Numbered from the stretch's first letter, positions 39,665 through 50,861 are shown. The stretch: 64,000 nucleotides of DNA from an uncultured virus (IMG/VR IMGVR_UViG_3300042514_001512) (IMGVR_UViG_3300042514_001512); one strand, 5' to 3'. The notes: generated from the sequence alone by a model not told the origin. Program-made: numbers and translations.

Positions 39665-42600
39665 CACAGAAAATATTTTAGTCGAATTTGACTATAACAA
39701 CATAACAATCGTAGACCCAAACAAAGTTATCGATATAAATGGTAACGCGAAAGAACGATTTATTAAACAAGAAGATTTAGTTTTTTATGCTAACTTGGAG
39801 TGTAAAGTTTTACCAAGAACTAAACTAGCCGTTGGTGTTGCAAATAACGACCAAATTCAAACAGTTTCTATTGCAACAATCAATTTCTTAAAACCTGGTG
39901 ATAAGACATTTTTAGATAATAGTTATACTGACGAAATTACAGGTAAAAATAGTGTTACGGGTGAAGGGGTTAATCAACCTAAAAAAAATTCAATTAGTAA
40001 TCCTAACAAACCTGCGGATTTTTTCTTAAGACAAAGTATTAATTCTGGTGGAAAACCAGGGGCGACCGATAACGGATTACTTGGCATAACATCAATTAAT
40101 ATTAGACAAGGTTTAGATTTTTTACCAACAATCAATGTGCAACTTGAAGACGTAAAAGGTAAAGCGTTATTTGAATCAGGAGATAATTCACCTTATGCTG
40201 CGTTCTTTAATTTACCTTACCCACTTTTCCATTTAACGATTAAAGGTTATTATGGCAAGGCAATTAAATTAGGACTTATGTTACAATCTTTTAGTTCAAG
40301 ATATGACACATATAGTGGAAATTTTAAAATTGATTTAAAGTTTTATACTTACAAATATACAATCTTAAGTGAGATTACTATGGCCGCATTGACTGCGACC
40401 CCTCACATGTATAAATCAAGAATTAAGGTTCAAACAACACAAGGAAGTACTGATAGTAAATTTGTTAAAGTTGAGGATGGTGTTGTTGAAGGTGGGTATC
40501 AAAAAGTTAAAGAAATGTATAGTGAATATAAATCAAAAGGTATGATACCTGATGATTTTCCCGAAATCACTTTGGTTCAAATGCAAGAAAGAATTGAGAA
40601 TTTTATTAAAAATGTGTTGGATAGTTTTACTAAACAAAATTTGGACCCATTAACTAATTTAGATGTTTATCAAAAAACTCTTAATGATTATTCCGGTAAT
40701 GTTTATTATTTTAATGGTTCATCATGGTTTGAAAAGTATATGGATAAGAACACTGCTTTTGTATTAACCAATGGTAATAAAGTTTACACTTTTAAACCTG
40801 AAATTAGTTTACAAAATAGAGTTACCGCAAAGGCAGAATTAGATGGATATGTAAAAAAATATAATGAGTTATTAGATGGTAATGAAACTGTGGGAGCAAA
40901 TGGTTCATATAAGATTAATAATAAAACAACTAAAATAACAATACCTAATGGTATTAAATCACCAGACACTTTTATCCCAAAACCTGAGATTACAGAAAAA
41001 GATATTGATTTAGTTCAAAGTTATCGATTAGTTAAAGGTGTAAAAACCACACCAACCGACACACAACTTGCGGCATACCAAGCCGAATTGATTAAAAATA
41101 AAGTGTTTAATACCCCTGTTATTAAAAACGCGGACGGTAATATTGAACTAATAAAAGATTATTACATTTTTGAAGGTACAAACACATTTATTGATAATAT
41201 TGATAAAATGGGTAAAAAATTAAAAGTTTTTAGAGAACAAATACAAGAAGAACTTACAAAGGCTCTTTCAGAATTGTTACAAAGTAAGGATAATGGTATT
41301 GGGTTTGTACCTAACATTAGAAATGTTCTTGCCGTTGTTTTTGCCAATGGAGAGGCGTTCTTAAGATTAATGGACGATGTTCACACGAAAGCTTGGGATA
41401 AGAGAGATTCTACAATTAGAAAAAACTCTATATTTAATAGTCAAACCGCTGGTGCGTCACAAGACAATTTAAGTAGTGGTAATAACAAGGAACAACCTAT
41501 ATATCCTTGGCCACAAATGATTAAAGAAACCTCAGGGACAGACGGGCACGAAAAGTTTGAGATTGTTTATCCTGGTGATTCTTCAGTGATTACTCAGACA
41601 AAAGGATTTTTAGCGGATGAATGGCCTGAAGTTGAATTTGTTGAAGAATTTATACGAGGTTATGTGGAAAGAACTTCACCTCCGTCAGATAGTACCGCAT
41701 CTCCAAATGAGTTAACGGAACCTCAAAGAATTTCGGTGGACGCTATTGAATTTCCAATTAAAAATGACGTTTATGGTAATAAAGAAGAAGTTAAGTTTTT
41801 TTATGAAATATATGAGAGAGTTTTATTAACAACCTTTTATTCAAGACTTGGTAGATGTAACGACTTTATATCTGATTCGGATAAAGTTACAACTATTATT
41901 GCTGACGCTGAGAATATTAACATACTTAAAAGTTTATCAAATGATAATCCATTTATAATTCAAAAACTTAAAGAATATGCCTATACTGGTGAAAATTTTG
42001 AGACTGTCCTTAGACATATTTCAAATGAAGGTTTGGGGGAAAGTTGGCAAAATTTTATTAGAGGTATTTTTAATACAAAATATATTAAAAACTTAGTTAA
42101 TAATTCTAGTTTTGAATTTATTAATGAACAAATCCTTAAGGATAGTTTATCACAACCAATGGTTTCATTACCAAGTGAAACTCAATTTGCGGAATATATT
42201 AATGATTCAACAACATCCAACGAATATGATTTTGCGGATACATACCCTTTTACAAATAAAAATTGGGTTAAAAAATATTTGGCAAATAGTAACACAGTGT
42301 TAGATGAAAAATCGGCTTTTGATACAACACAAATATTAACGTACACTTCGGATAATAAAATTATTACGAATATTGCATCTTATGATTCAGGCAAAAAACC
42401 ATTTACTAACTTTATTTCAGAAATAACAGTGACTCCCACAGAGTATAGTACAACTGTTGGTATGAAAGCGTTTTATGAGACAAGAAAAAACGATTATAAA
42501 AATCAATTATTTACTGAAGGTAATTTAAAGTACAATAATTATAATGGTCTTGTAACTAGTGAACAAACAGTGTCTATGTTTAATACACCGTATTTTATTA

Positions 42601-45600
42601 ATGCAATTCAACAAGGTGTAAGTAATTTTAGAAATTTTAGTGAGACACCATATACTGAAGCCGCGTACCTTTTCTTAAATAGTTTACCATTGTCTACTCT
42701 ACGAGAAAAGTATAAAACAAAAAATGAGTCTGATGATTTAAATTATATTTTTGCAACACTGAATAAATTTGGTGGAGTACATAAAATACCATATTCTTGG
42801 GTTTTAAAATACGGTTCAATATGGCACCGTTATAAAAAGTATGTTGAAACTGGCGTTGATATTATAGGGGTTTCTTGGGCTAATTTTGATTATCTTAATA
42901 ACTATGACCCTGTTAATAGTTTACCATCAACAATGTATACATTTAGTGCTAGTACTCAAATTGGTATTGTTGATATTGTTTTAGAGAATAATGTAACAAT
43001 TGGTGGGGAAGTATCTACAACAATTAACACAGGATTTTATCCTAAATTAATTAATGATTTTAATGTCTTTTACCAAGGATTTGAAATTTTCTCGGCGTAC
43101 ACTAGTACCGCAATTCAAGAAGGGATTAAATCAGGGTTTACGTTAAATTATGTTGATAAGGCTATTATTAGCAAATCAGAAGGTTTTGATACTTCAATAC
43201 CTAATAGAGATTTAAGAATATTTCCTTGGACAGTATCTGTAAATACTTTAGATAATATATCTTCATTTATATTCCCATCCCAAGGTTCATTAGTTAATCA
43301 AACAAACAATGAATGTTTTGATGCAAATACAGGAGAAATAAAATTTGAAGTTATGGGTAATAAGTCAATGTATGATGGTTCAGTTAGAACTTTTTGGACA
43401 GCACCCAATTACGGATATTTTGATGATAGTAAAATAGTTAAGGTTAATCCGGACCAATACCTAAAAGAAATTTTTTCAGGAAAAAGTTTTCAAGAAAATT
43501 ATTCATTAAATGGCGTAATTACTCAATATTCAAATATTAGTGAAATGTTTTCTGTTTTCGAAAAGGATGTTTTAGATTTATTTGAAGTTGAGTTTTTAAA
43601 TTTTTCAAAATCAAAATATGATTATAGTTCGGAAGGTGTCGGTGCAAACGATTCCAATACCGCTAAATTGTTTAAGAACTTTCAAGTTTTAATGATTGAG
43701 TTGATGAAGCAACCTAAAATAACAGGGTCAACAGGTGAAGATTATGTAAGAAATGCTCAATCTGTACAACTTACAAATATTACTAATCTATTAACTAGAT
43801 TTATTAATAATGATGTTGTATTTAAAAACGGAAATCCGTCTAACTACGATAAAAAATTATTTTATACGTTCTCAAACTATGATATTACCGACCCATATAT
43901 TTTGGACAAATACACACTATTAACGCCAAATGCAGTTCCTGTAAATGGTGGAACAACTACATTATCTTCATCAAAAAGTTTATACCCTAATGAGTGGACT
44001 ACATTAGAAACTTATGTTGGTTTTTCAGAAATCCCGCAATTAGTTTATGGAAATAACGGTTCGTACATTACTGACTTTTTTGTTGACTTAAACATTTCTT
44101 TTACGGTTAATAATATAATTAATTTTTCACCAATAATTAAAATTTATGCGACTCAGAAATTAAAAGAGTCCACGATGAATAAAAAAAAATTCATTGGTTT
44201 AATGGATGAGTATTTGAAAAAGTCTTTAGATTTTAAAAATAAAATATTTAATAATTTAATTATTAAACTACAAAAAGCTTTACCCGATGTTAATAACACA
44301 GTACAAACGACAATTGATTCTGTTTTAGAGGGACCACAAACAAAGGTTGAATTATGGGAATCATTTAAGGCAATAAATGATAAATGGATTTCAGGTAATG
44401 ATTTTAAAACTAAAACATTATTTGAGGATGTTTTATTGTTAGATAGAGCGAGTAGAAATATTGGTGATAAGATATTGGTTGATGTTTTTAAATTAAAAAA
44501 CAGATTAATTAATATAAACCCTAAAGCGACAATGCTTAGTTTTGTACAATCAATATTAGTTGAAAATAACTTTGTTGTAATGAATTTACCGTCATATGTT
44601 AATTTCTATAATGTACAAGATGCGGTTAAAAACCCAAAACCAAAGGTTGAAGGAACATTAGAGTTTGCTAATACACTATTTGGAACTTTCATGAACGTTG
44701 ATTATAGAGAATCAAGTGCTAAAATGGTTTGTTTTTTTGGTGGTAAACCAAGTGAACAATTAGATTTAAAAAACAATGTTGATTTTAGATATAGAAATGA
44801 CGCGTTTGATTTAAGAAGAGCTAGTGATAATCCGTTAGTTGAAGATTTAACTAATAAGAATGATTGGGATAAATCAAATAAAGTTGTAGGGTTTAATGTT
44901 GATATTGGACCTCAAAATCAGTCTATGTTTTATGGGTTTACTGTTTCCCAAGATGCTGGTCAAGCCACTGCAGAATCTCTTGAAGTGTTAAATCAAATGG
45001 CCAATCAAGGTGGTAATAGGGGAGGTGCAACACAAAGTAACTCATTATATAACCTATACAAAAATAGAAGTTATTCTTGTAATGTATCCATGATGGGTAA
45101 TGCTATGATACAACCAACAATGTACTTCAATTTAAGATACGTCCCAATGTTTAGTGGGCCTTATATGATTACAAGTGTTAATCATAGTATATCACCAGGT
45201 AGTTTTGAAACAATTATTGAAGGTATTAGACAACCAACCGCATCATTACCTAAAATTGATAATTATTTACAAACATTAAAAACTAATTTATTACAATCTA
45301 TTATTGAAAAGAATAAACTTGATACTCAGAAAAAAAATGCGGAAACAAAAGTTAATAGTACTAATGTAATTGGTCAGTCAACTGAGGTTAATAACCAAGC
45401 AACACAACAAGATAGCACCACAGCAAATGATACTATTCAGGAAACTTGTCAACCAAATTCTAAATATGCTCAATGGACACCATTAACAGGGCCGTCAACA
45501 ACAACATTAAATTATAAGAGTGTTATTGGTACTATTGTTAGTCTAACAAATGATATTAAATTACAAAAAGTTATTTTTTCCTCAATTTATATATCGTCAA

Positions 45601-46394
45601 ATAATAATAACACCTTAACAACTTATGAGAATAACTTTGCGGGTATAACTATAGACCAAGATTGGGGTGAATCATCTACGTATTTTGTTGATAAATATTT
45701 TTATTGCTCAAGCCAAAATATACCTAACGCCACATTCTCAGACTCAACTCAATCAGTCAAATTTTTAGTTGAAAGATGGTCACAAAGAATGAGTTTATTA
45801 TCCAATGACAGTGCATCGGAAATTGCTAAATTTTGGATATTAAATGCTAACACATCTGTTACTGATAAAAAATTAAATCCTGTTAATGTTTACGACCAAA
45901 TGTCGTCAATAGATAAAGGAAATATTGAAACTAAAGTACAATCGGCGATTAATGAGTTTAATACTCAAACGGGACAACTTAATGTGGGGTCAACACCACC
46001 AGTAACACCACCATTAATTGATACATACACTTACGCAGTAACAACACCACCATTATTTGAAAATTTAAAGGTTATTGTGGACCCATCGGTCGATGGACTA
46101 AGAAATATATTTCAAATAGAGTATGGTTATAATATTACTGCGGAGTGTCATGAGGGTAGTGGTTCAGGACAACAATTTGGGACTAATTATGTTTCAACAA
46201 ATAAACAAAAATTTGAAATTGATTTACAAGGGTTATTAACAGAATCTGGTTGTAATAATGTGTCGAAAAGTGAGTATACAGGAACTTATAAATACCAAAT
46301 AACGGTATTTACTAAACCTGTTAAACCTGATGGGTCACTTGATACGTCAAGAAACGATTTTTACAAAAGTTATCCTGTAACTTTCACTTTGTAA
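39654..46394 (+). CDS. Very large baseplate hub-like protein (2246 aa)
   Basis: SCNVSMMGNAMIQP...SGPYMITSVNHSISPGSFET resembles gp27/gpD-type hub C-termini; follows the LysM gene. Confidence 0.55.
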   Translation: MVGDTENILVEFDYNNITIVDPNKVIDINGNAKERFIKQEDLVFYANLECKVLPRTKLAVGVANNDQIQTVSIATINFLKPGDKTFLDNSYTDEITGKNSVTGEGVNQPKKNSISNPNKPADFFLRQSINSGGKPGATDNGLLGITSINIRQGLDFLPTINVQLEDVKGKALFESGDNSPYAAFFNLPYPLFHLTIKGYYGKAIKLGLMLQSFSSRYDTYSGNFKIDLKFYTYKYTILSEITMAALTATPHMYKSRIKVQTTQGSTDSKFVKVEDGVVEGGYQKVKEMYSEYKSKGMIPDDFPEITLVQMQERIENFIKNVLDSFTKQNLDPLTNLDVYQKTLNDYSGNVYYFNGSSWFEKYMDKNTAFVLTNGNKVYTFKPEISLQNRVTAKAELDGYVKKYNELLDGNETVGANGSYKINNKTTKITIPNGIKSPDTFIPKPEITEKDIDLVQSYRLVKGVKTTPTDTQLAAYQAELIKNKVFNTPVIKNADGNIELIKDYYIFEGTNTFIDNIDKMGKKLKVFREQIQEELTKALSELLQSKDNGIGFVPNIRNVLAVVFANGEAFLRLMDDVHTKAWDKRDSTIRKNSIFNSQTAGASQDNLSSGNNKEQPIYPWPQMIKETSGTDGHEKFEIVYPGDSSVITQTKGFLADEWPEVEFVEEFIRGYVERTSPPSDSTASPNELTEPQRISVDAIEFPIKNDVYGNKEEVKFFYEIYERVLLTTFYSRLGRCNDFISDSDKVTTIIADAENINILKSLSNDNPFIIQKLKEYAYTGENFETVLRHISNEGLGESWQNFIRGIFNTKYIKNLVNNSSFEFINEQILKDSLSQPMVSLPSETQFAEYINDSTTSNEYDFADTYPFTNKNWVKKYLANSNTVLDEKSAFDTTQILTYTSDNKIITNIASYDSGKKPFTNFISEITVTPTEYSTTVGMKAFYETRKNDYKNQLFTEGNLKYNNYNGLVTSEQTVSMFNTPYFINAIQQGVSNFRNFSETPYTEAAYLFLNSLPLSTLREKYKTKNESDDLNYIFATLNKFGGVHKIPYSWVLKYGSIWHRYKKYVETGVDIIGVSWANFDYLNNYDPVNSLPSTMYTFSASTQIGIVDIVLENNVTIGGEVSTTINTGFYPKLINDFNVFYQGFEIFSAYTSTAIQEGIKSGFTLNYVDKAIISKSEGFDTSIPNRDLRIFPWTVSVNTLDNISSFIFPSQGSLVNQTNNECFDANTGEIKFEVMGNKSMYDGSVRTFWTAPNYGYFDDSKIVKVNPDQYLKEIFSGKSFQENYSLNGVITQYSNISEMFSVFEKDVLDLFEVEFLNFSKSKYDYSSEGVGANDSNTAKLFKNFQVLMIELMKQPKITGSTGEDYVRNAQSVQLTNITNLLTRFINNDVVFKNGNPSNYDKKLFYTFSNYDITDPYILDKYTLLTPNAVPVNGGTTTLSSSKSLYPNEWTTLETYVGFSEIPQLVYGNNGSYITDFFVDLNISFTVNNIINFSPIIKIYATQKLKESTMNKKKFIGLMDEYLKKSLDFKNKIFNNLIIKLQKALPDVNNTVQTTIDSVLEGPQTKVELWESFKAINDKWISGNDFKTKTLFEDVLLLDRASRNIGDKILVDVFKLKNRLININPKATMLSFVQSILVENNFVVMNLPSYVNFYNVQDAVKNPKPKVEGTLEFANTLFGTFMNVDYRESSAKMVCFFGGKPSEQLDLKNNVDFRYRNDAFDLRRASDNPLVEDLTNKNDWDKSNKVVGFNVDIGPQNQSMFYGFTVSQDAGQATAESLEVLNQMANQGGNRGGATQSNSLYNLYKNRSYSCNVSMMGNAMIQPTMYFNLRYVPMFSGPYMITSVNHSISPGSFETIIEGIRQPTASLPKIDNYLQTLKTNLLQSIIEKNKLDTQKKNAETKVNSTNVIGQSTEVNNQATQQDSTTANDTIQETCQPNSKYAQWTPLTGPSTTTLNYKSVIGTIVSLTNDIKLQKVIFSSIYISSNNNNTLTTYENNFAGITIDQDWGESSTYFVDKYFYCSSQNIPNATFSDSTQSVKFLVERWSQRMSLLSNDSASEIAKFWILNANTSVTDKKLNPVNVYDQMSSIDKGNIETKVQSAINEFNTQTGQLNVGSTPPVTPPLIDTYTYAVTTPPLFENLKVIVDPSVDGLRNIFQIEYGYNITAECHEGSGSGQQFGTNYVSTNKQKFEIDLQGLLTESGCNNVSKSEYTGTYKYQITVFTKPVKPDGSLDTSRNDFYKSYPVTFTL

Positions 46395-46433
46395 TTTTCT
46401 AATAATAAACGATATTTATATATAAACACTATT

Positions 46434-46658
46434 ATGGACACAAAATTAATATTAGACAACTATTTAGGTAAAAACACCAGAAGCACTGAGAAAGACTTGG
46501 GTAATGGTTCTAAACAAGTTTGCGATTTAGACACAGGAGATTGTTATACTATCAGAATGAAGGATGGTTTAATTGAAAGAGTTGACAATACAATGACAAA
46601 AAATAAAAAAATTCAGGTTGAAACTCTAACAGGAGTGAAACAACTTTTAAACGGGTAA
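46434..46658 (+). CDS. Hypothetical protein
   Basis: TATTTATA box upstream; 74 aa. Confidence 0.7.
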   Translation: MDTKLILDNYLGKNTRSTEKDLGNGSKQVCDLDTGDCYTIRMKDGLIERVDNTMTKNKKIQVETLTGVKQLLNG

Positions 46659-46662
46659 TCAA

Positions 46663-47349
46663 ATGAAAAGAGTAGACAACAGAATTATTGAGGAAATCTC
46701 AAGATATAAATCAATTAACGATTATATTTTTGAACAAGAGGCAACATTACCTCCACCACCTGAAGAAGGTATTTTACCTCCTGCAGACCCAAGTGCGTTA
46801 CCACCACCTCCTGCTGATGCGGGAGCATTACCACCACCTCCTGGTATTGAACCACCTGCGGCACCTGGTGCAGTACCAACCCCTGTTGATATTGCAACTG
46901 ACCCTGATGTTGAAAAAGTTGGTGAAGAAAAAGGTAAGACTGAGGAACTTGATATTAGTGACTTAGTTAATTCCCAAAAACAAGTAGAAAAAAAACAAGA
47001 AGAATATTTTGATAATTTATTCAAACATCTTACAGATTTAGAAGGTAAATTAGGTGAAATGGATAATATCATGAATAAGTTGAATGACTTAGAAATGAAA
47101 GTTGAGAAATATAGAGAAAAAACACCTCAAGAGAAATTAGAACTTAGAAGTTTAGATTCTGGTCCATTTAATCAAAAATTATCAGATTTCTTTGAAGATA
47201 AAGAAGAAGATATGGAAAAGTCGGGAAAAAATGAATATATCTTAACCCAAGATGAGGTTGAGGATTACTCACCAGTAGATATCAAAAAGACTTTTAGAAA
47301 TTTTGAAGATTTGGATAATCAAATCGATTCCTTCAAACAAGTCAAGTAA
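46663..47349 (+). CDS. Hypothetical protein with a polyproline segment and coiled coil
   Basis: LPPPP repeats followed by an acidic heptad region. Confidence 0.75.
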   Translation: MKRVDNRIIEEISRYKSINDYIFEQEATLPPPPEEGILPPADPSALPPPPADAGALPPPPGIEPPAAPGAVPTPVDIATDPDVEKVGEEKGKTEELDISDLVNSQKQVEKKQEEYFDNLFKHLTDLEGKLGEMDNIMNKLNDLEMKVEKYREKTPQEKLELRSLDSGPFNQKLSDFFEDKEEDMEKSGKNEYILTQDEVEDYSPVDIKKTFRNFEDLDNQIDSFKQVK

Positions 47350-47354
47350 AATAT

Positions 47355-47377
47355 AAAACGGTCTTCGGACCGTTTTT
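47355..47377 (+). terminator. Rho-independent terminator with a C(UUCG)G tetraloop
   Basis: AAAACGGTC-TTCG-GACCGTTTTT. Confidence 0.85.
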
Positions 47378-47391
47378 AGTTTAAAATTTAT

Positions 47392-47420
47392 TTGACAAAC
47401 ACTCAGATTCTACTTATACT
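47392..47420 (+). promoter_or_regulatory. Sigma70-like promoter of the replication operon
   Basis: TTGACA-N17-TATACT. Confidence 0.7.
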
Positions 47421-47455
47421 TATGATAATATAAATCATTAAATACTTTAACAACT

Positions 47456-48307
47456 ATGGCGACAAATTCATTAGACGCAGTTTTAGCTCAATACGAGCAG
47501 GCAAAACAAGGTGGTTCTTCTAACACCTCAAAATTCACACAAGAAGAAAGAATGAAAAAATACTTTGCAGCTATCCTTAAAGATACTGAAAAACAAGGGC
47601 AACGAAGACTACGTATTTTACCAACACCCGACGGTTCTTCACCATTTAAAGAAGTTTGGTATCACGAAATTCAAGTTGACGGTAAATTTCAAAAATTTTA
47701 TGACCCGGGTAAGAATGACAACGAGCGTTCACCATTGAATGAAGTTTATGAAGAACTACGCTCAACAGGAAAAGAGTCTGACAAAGAATTAGCAAAACAA
47801 TATTTATCTCGTAAATTTTACATTGTTAAAGTTATGGACCGTGATAACGAGTCTGATGGGGTTAAGTTTTGGAGATTCAAACACAACTACAAAAATGAGG
47901 GGATTTTAGATAAGATTATTCCTATTTGGAGAGCTAAAGGTGATATTACTGACCCTGATAACGGTCGTGACATTATTCTTGAATTAACCAAAGCAAAAAC
48001 ACCTAAAGGTGCCACTTACACAGTTATTCAAACTGTTATGTATGATGACCCATCTCCTGTACACGAAAATAAACAAACCGCGGATTCTTGGATTAATGAT
48101 GAGTTAACATGGGAAGATGTTTATTCTAAAAAACCTGAAGAATACCTTGAAGCTATTGCTCGTGGAGAAACACCACGTTGGGATTCTGACAAAGGCGGTT
48201 TTGTATACGAAAACAATCTTGAGACAACAACATCTTTTGGTGGTAAAACTGAACCAATCGTTGACCCACAAGCAAATGATGATAGTGACACCGAATTACC
48301 TTTCTAA
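47456..48307 (+). CDS. Single-stranded DNA-binding protein (gp32-like)
   Basis: RLRILP, PFKEVWYH, GVKFWRF, DITDPDNGRDI; acidic tail ending LPF. Confidence 0.8.
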   Translation: MATNSLDAVLAQYEQAKQGGSSNTSKFTQEERMKKYFAAILKDTEKQGQRRLRILPTPDGSSPFKEVWYHEIQVDGKFQKFYDPGKNDNERSPLNEVYEELRSTGKESDKELAKQYLSRKFYIVKVMDRDNESDGVKFWRFKHNYKNEGILDKIIPIWRAKGDITDPDNGRDIILELTKAKTPKGATYTVIQTVMYDDPSPVHENKQTADSWINDELTWEDVYSKKPEEYLEAIARGETPRWDSDKGGFVYENNLETTTSFGGKTEPIVDPQANDDSDTELPF

Positions 48308-48319
48308 TTAAACTTTAAC

Positions 48320-48353
48320 ATAGACACTTGGTATTACTGAGTGTCTATTTTTT
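48320..48353 (+). terminator. Rho-independent terminator
   Basis: ATAGACACTTGGT-ATT-ACTGAGTGTCTAT followed by a T run. Confidence 0.7.
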
Positions 48354-48386
48354 ATAGTTCAAAACAATAATTTAATTTAACCTAAC

Positions 48387-49370
48387 ATGGCAATAAGAAA
48401 GAAAACATTCTCGTTAGAGGATATAAAGAGTAAATTCTCTACAAAAACAAAATACAAACCTGAAAGTTTCTATAACTGTGGTGAAGCATTTATGGATGCC
48501 TGCGGATTACCTGGACCTGTAATGGGGGGCATTAATATGTTCTTGGGACATTCAAACACCTCAAAAACAACTGCAATGATATTAGCGGCGGCAGATGCTC
48601 AGAAAAAAGGACATTTACCTGTTCTTATTATAACGGAAAAAAAATGGTCTTGGGAACACGCTATTGAATTAGGATTACAGGCTGAAAAAAATGAACTTGG
48701 AGAATATGATGGAATGTTTATCTTTAATGACTCATTTGATGTTATTGAACAAGCAACTGAGTTTATTAATAATATTCTTGATTCACAAGAAAAAGGAGAT
48801 ATACCATATAGTCTATTATTTTTATGGGATAGCATCGGTTCCATTCCATGTCAGATGACATTCGATGGAAAGGGTGGTGGCATGTTCAACGCAAAGGTAT
48901 TAGCCGATAAAATTGGAATGGGGATTCATTCGCGTATCTCAAAATCAAAAAAAGAAGATTATCCGTATTATAATACTTTAGTTATTTTAAATCAACCGTG
49001 GGTTCTCTTAGCTGACGGACCATTTGGACAACCCGAAATTAAAGCGAAAGGGGGTGAGGCAGTATGGTTAGCTAGTAGTTTAATATTCTTATTTGGTAAT
49101 CAGAAAAAGGCAGGTATTAATCATATTGACGCCACTAAAAATGGCAGAAAGGTGTCGTTCGCAATTAGAACAAGGATATCTATTTTGAAAAATCACGTAA
49201 ATGGTTTAGGATATAAGGATGTCAAAATAATCGCAGTACCACAAGGATATATTGCTGATACAAAAGAAGCTTTGGATAACTACAAAAAAGAGTACTCGGA
49301 TTATTGGGCGACAAAATTAGGGTATTCTGATTATTCTTTGGACGAATCTACTGATGACATTGACGAGTAA
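48387..49370 (+). CDS. RecA/UvsX-like recombinase
   Basis: Walker A-like GHSNTSKT, Walker B FLWDSIGS, ILNQ, KGG, KNHV. Confidence 0.8.
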   Translation: MAIRKKTFSLEDIKSKFSTKTKYKPESFYNCGEAFMDACGLPGPVMGGINMFLGHSNTSKTTAMILAAADAQKKGHLPVLIITEKKWSWEHAIELGLQAEKNELGEYDGMFIFNDSFDVIEQATEFINNILDSQEKGDIPYSLLFLWDSIGSIPCQMTFDGKGGGMFNAKVLADKIGMGIHSRISKSKKEDYPYYNTLVILNQPWVLLADGPFGQPEIKAKGGEAVWLASSLIFLFGNQKKAGINHIDATKNGRKVSFAIRTRISILKNHVNGLGYKDVKIIAVPQGYIADTKEALDNYKKEYSDYWATKLGYSDYSLDESTDDIDE

Positions 49371-49401
49371 AAAATATTTTCAAATTACTTAAAAATTTTA
49401 A

Positions 49402-50406
49402 ATGGTCAAAACATTAATTGTTGATGGTAACAATTTATTAAAAATAGGATTTCACGGAGTTAAAGATTTTTACCACAACGGAAAACACATAGGAGGGTTA
49501 TGGCATTTTATCAACACAATTAGACGTTTTATTGACGAACAAAATTTTGATAAAGTTGTTGTTATGTGGGATGGGGATGATAACTCGTCTACCCGCAAAC
49601 TTATTTACCCCCAGTATAAAAAAAAACCACTTATAACCGAAGATTTTAAAGACCAATCTTTTGGAGAACAAAAAGAGAGAGTTAAACAATATTTGGAGGA
49701 ATGTTATATAAGACAAATTGATATAGATAATAACGAAGGTGACGATTTGATTGCGTACTACTGCCAAATATCTGAAGACGAAATTAAAACTATTTTTTCG
49801 GGAGATAAAGATTTGACACAACTTATCTCAGATAAGGTTTCAGTTTATTCCCCAAACTCAAAACAAGTGTATAAAAATGGAGATAAAATAAAGATTCAAT
49901 TCCATGAATTTCCGCATCAGAATATTAAAACATATAAAATATTATCGGGTGATAAGTCAGATAATATAGATGGAATTTATTATTTGGGTGAAAAAACTTT
50001 AGTTAAATTATTTCCTGAATTGCTTGACCAAACGGTAACTATTACCGATATTTTAATAAAGGCGGAAACTCTTTTAAAAGAAGATAAAGGTAATAAATCG
50101 TTACAAAATTTATTATCAGGTAAAACTAAAACAGGTGTATACGGTGAAGAATTTTTTATTATTAATGAAAAAATAATAGACTTATCAAAACCATTAATCA
50201 CCGATGAAGCGAAAGAATTAGTTGAATTATATTATCGAGAAAGTTTAGACCCTGATGGTAGAGGGTATAGGAATCTTTTAAAGATGATGATGCAAGACGG
50301 GTTCTTTAAATTCCTACCAAAAATAGACAATGCTTGGGTTGACTTTGTTCGTCCATACATGAAATTAACAAGAAAAGAAAAAAGAAATTACAAACAAATA
50401 AAATAA
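49402..50406 (+). CDS. 5'-3' exonuclease / T4 RNase H-like flap endonuclease
   Basis: LIVDGNNL, YPQYK, EGDDLIA, SGDKDLTQL, GDKSDNIDGI..LGEKT. Confidence 0.9.
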   Translation: MVKTLIVDGNNLLKIGFHGVKDFYHNGKHIGGLWHFINTIRRFIDEQNFDKVVVMWDGDDNSSTRKLIYPQYKKKPLITEDFKDQSFGEQKERVKQYLEECYIRQIDIDNNEGDDLIAYYCQISEDEIKTIFSGDKDLTQLISDKVSVYSPNSKQVYKNGDKIKIQFHEFPHQNIKTYKILSGDKSDNIDGIYYLGEKTLVKLFPELLDQTVTITDILIKAETLLKEDKGNKSLQNLLSGKTKTGVYGEEFFIINEKIIDLSKPLITDEAKELVELYYRESLDPDGRGYRNLLKMMMQDGFFKFLPKIDNAWVDFVRPYMKLTRKEKRNYKQIK

Positions 50407-50408
50407 AT

Positions 50409-50861
50409 ATGAAAGAGCAAGAATCAACAAAATTAGAATTTTTAATGATGGTAAATGATAATATCATTGTACAAAGATATTTTAATGTTAGGAACTTTAA
50501 CCCTGACGGTAAAAACTCATTAGAGCTTTATAACCTGTTAGCTAATTTTAGTTATGATATTAAGTATCAACTAAAAATGAAAACCGCATCATACATGATT
50601 GATAATCATTATGAAATTATCAACAATCCTACAATATTAGACACATCGTATATTGATGGTCCTGAATATTTTAATGTGTATATTAAGATGGGTGATGTGA
50701 CAATTTGTCAGAGACAGTTCGACGCAAAAATATACCCACCTAAGATAAGATACACCGTAGACGTACGCCCACACCTAAAAAATTTACTTATGTCTTTGAC
50801 TGACATTTTTTCATCTGAAAATTTAACACTCGAGTACCTTGGACTTCCTTTAAAAGGGTAA
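50409..50861 (+). CDS. Hypothetical protein
   Basis: 150-aa ORF within the replication operon. Confidence 0.75.
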   Translation: MKEQESTKLEFLMMVNDNIIVQRYFNVRNFNPDGKNSLELYNLLANFSYDIKYQLKMKTASYMIDNHYEIINNPTILDTSYIDGPEYFNVYIKMGDVTICQRQFDAKIYPPKIRYTVDVRPHLKNLLMSLTDIFSSENLTLEYLGLPLKG

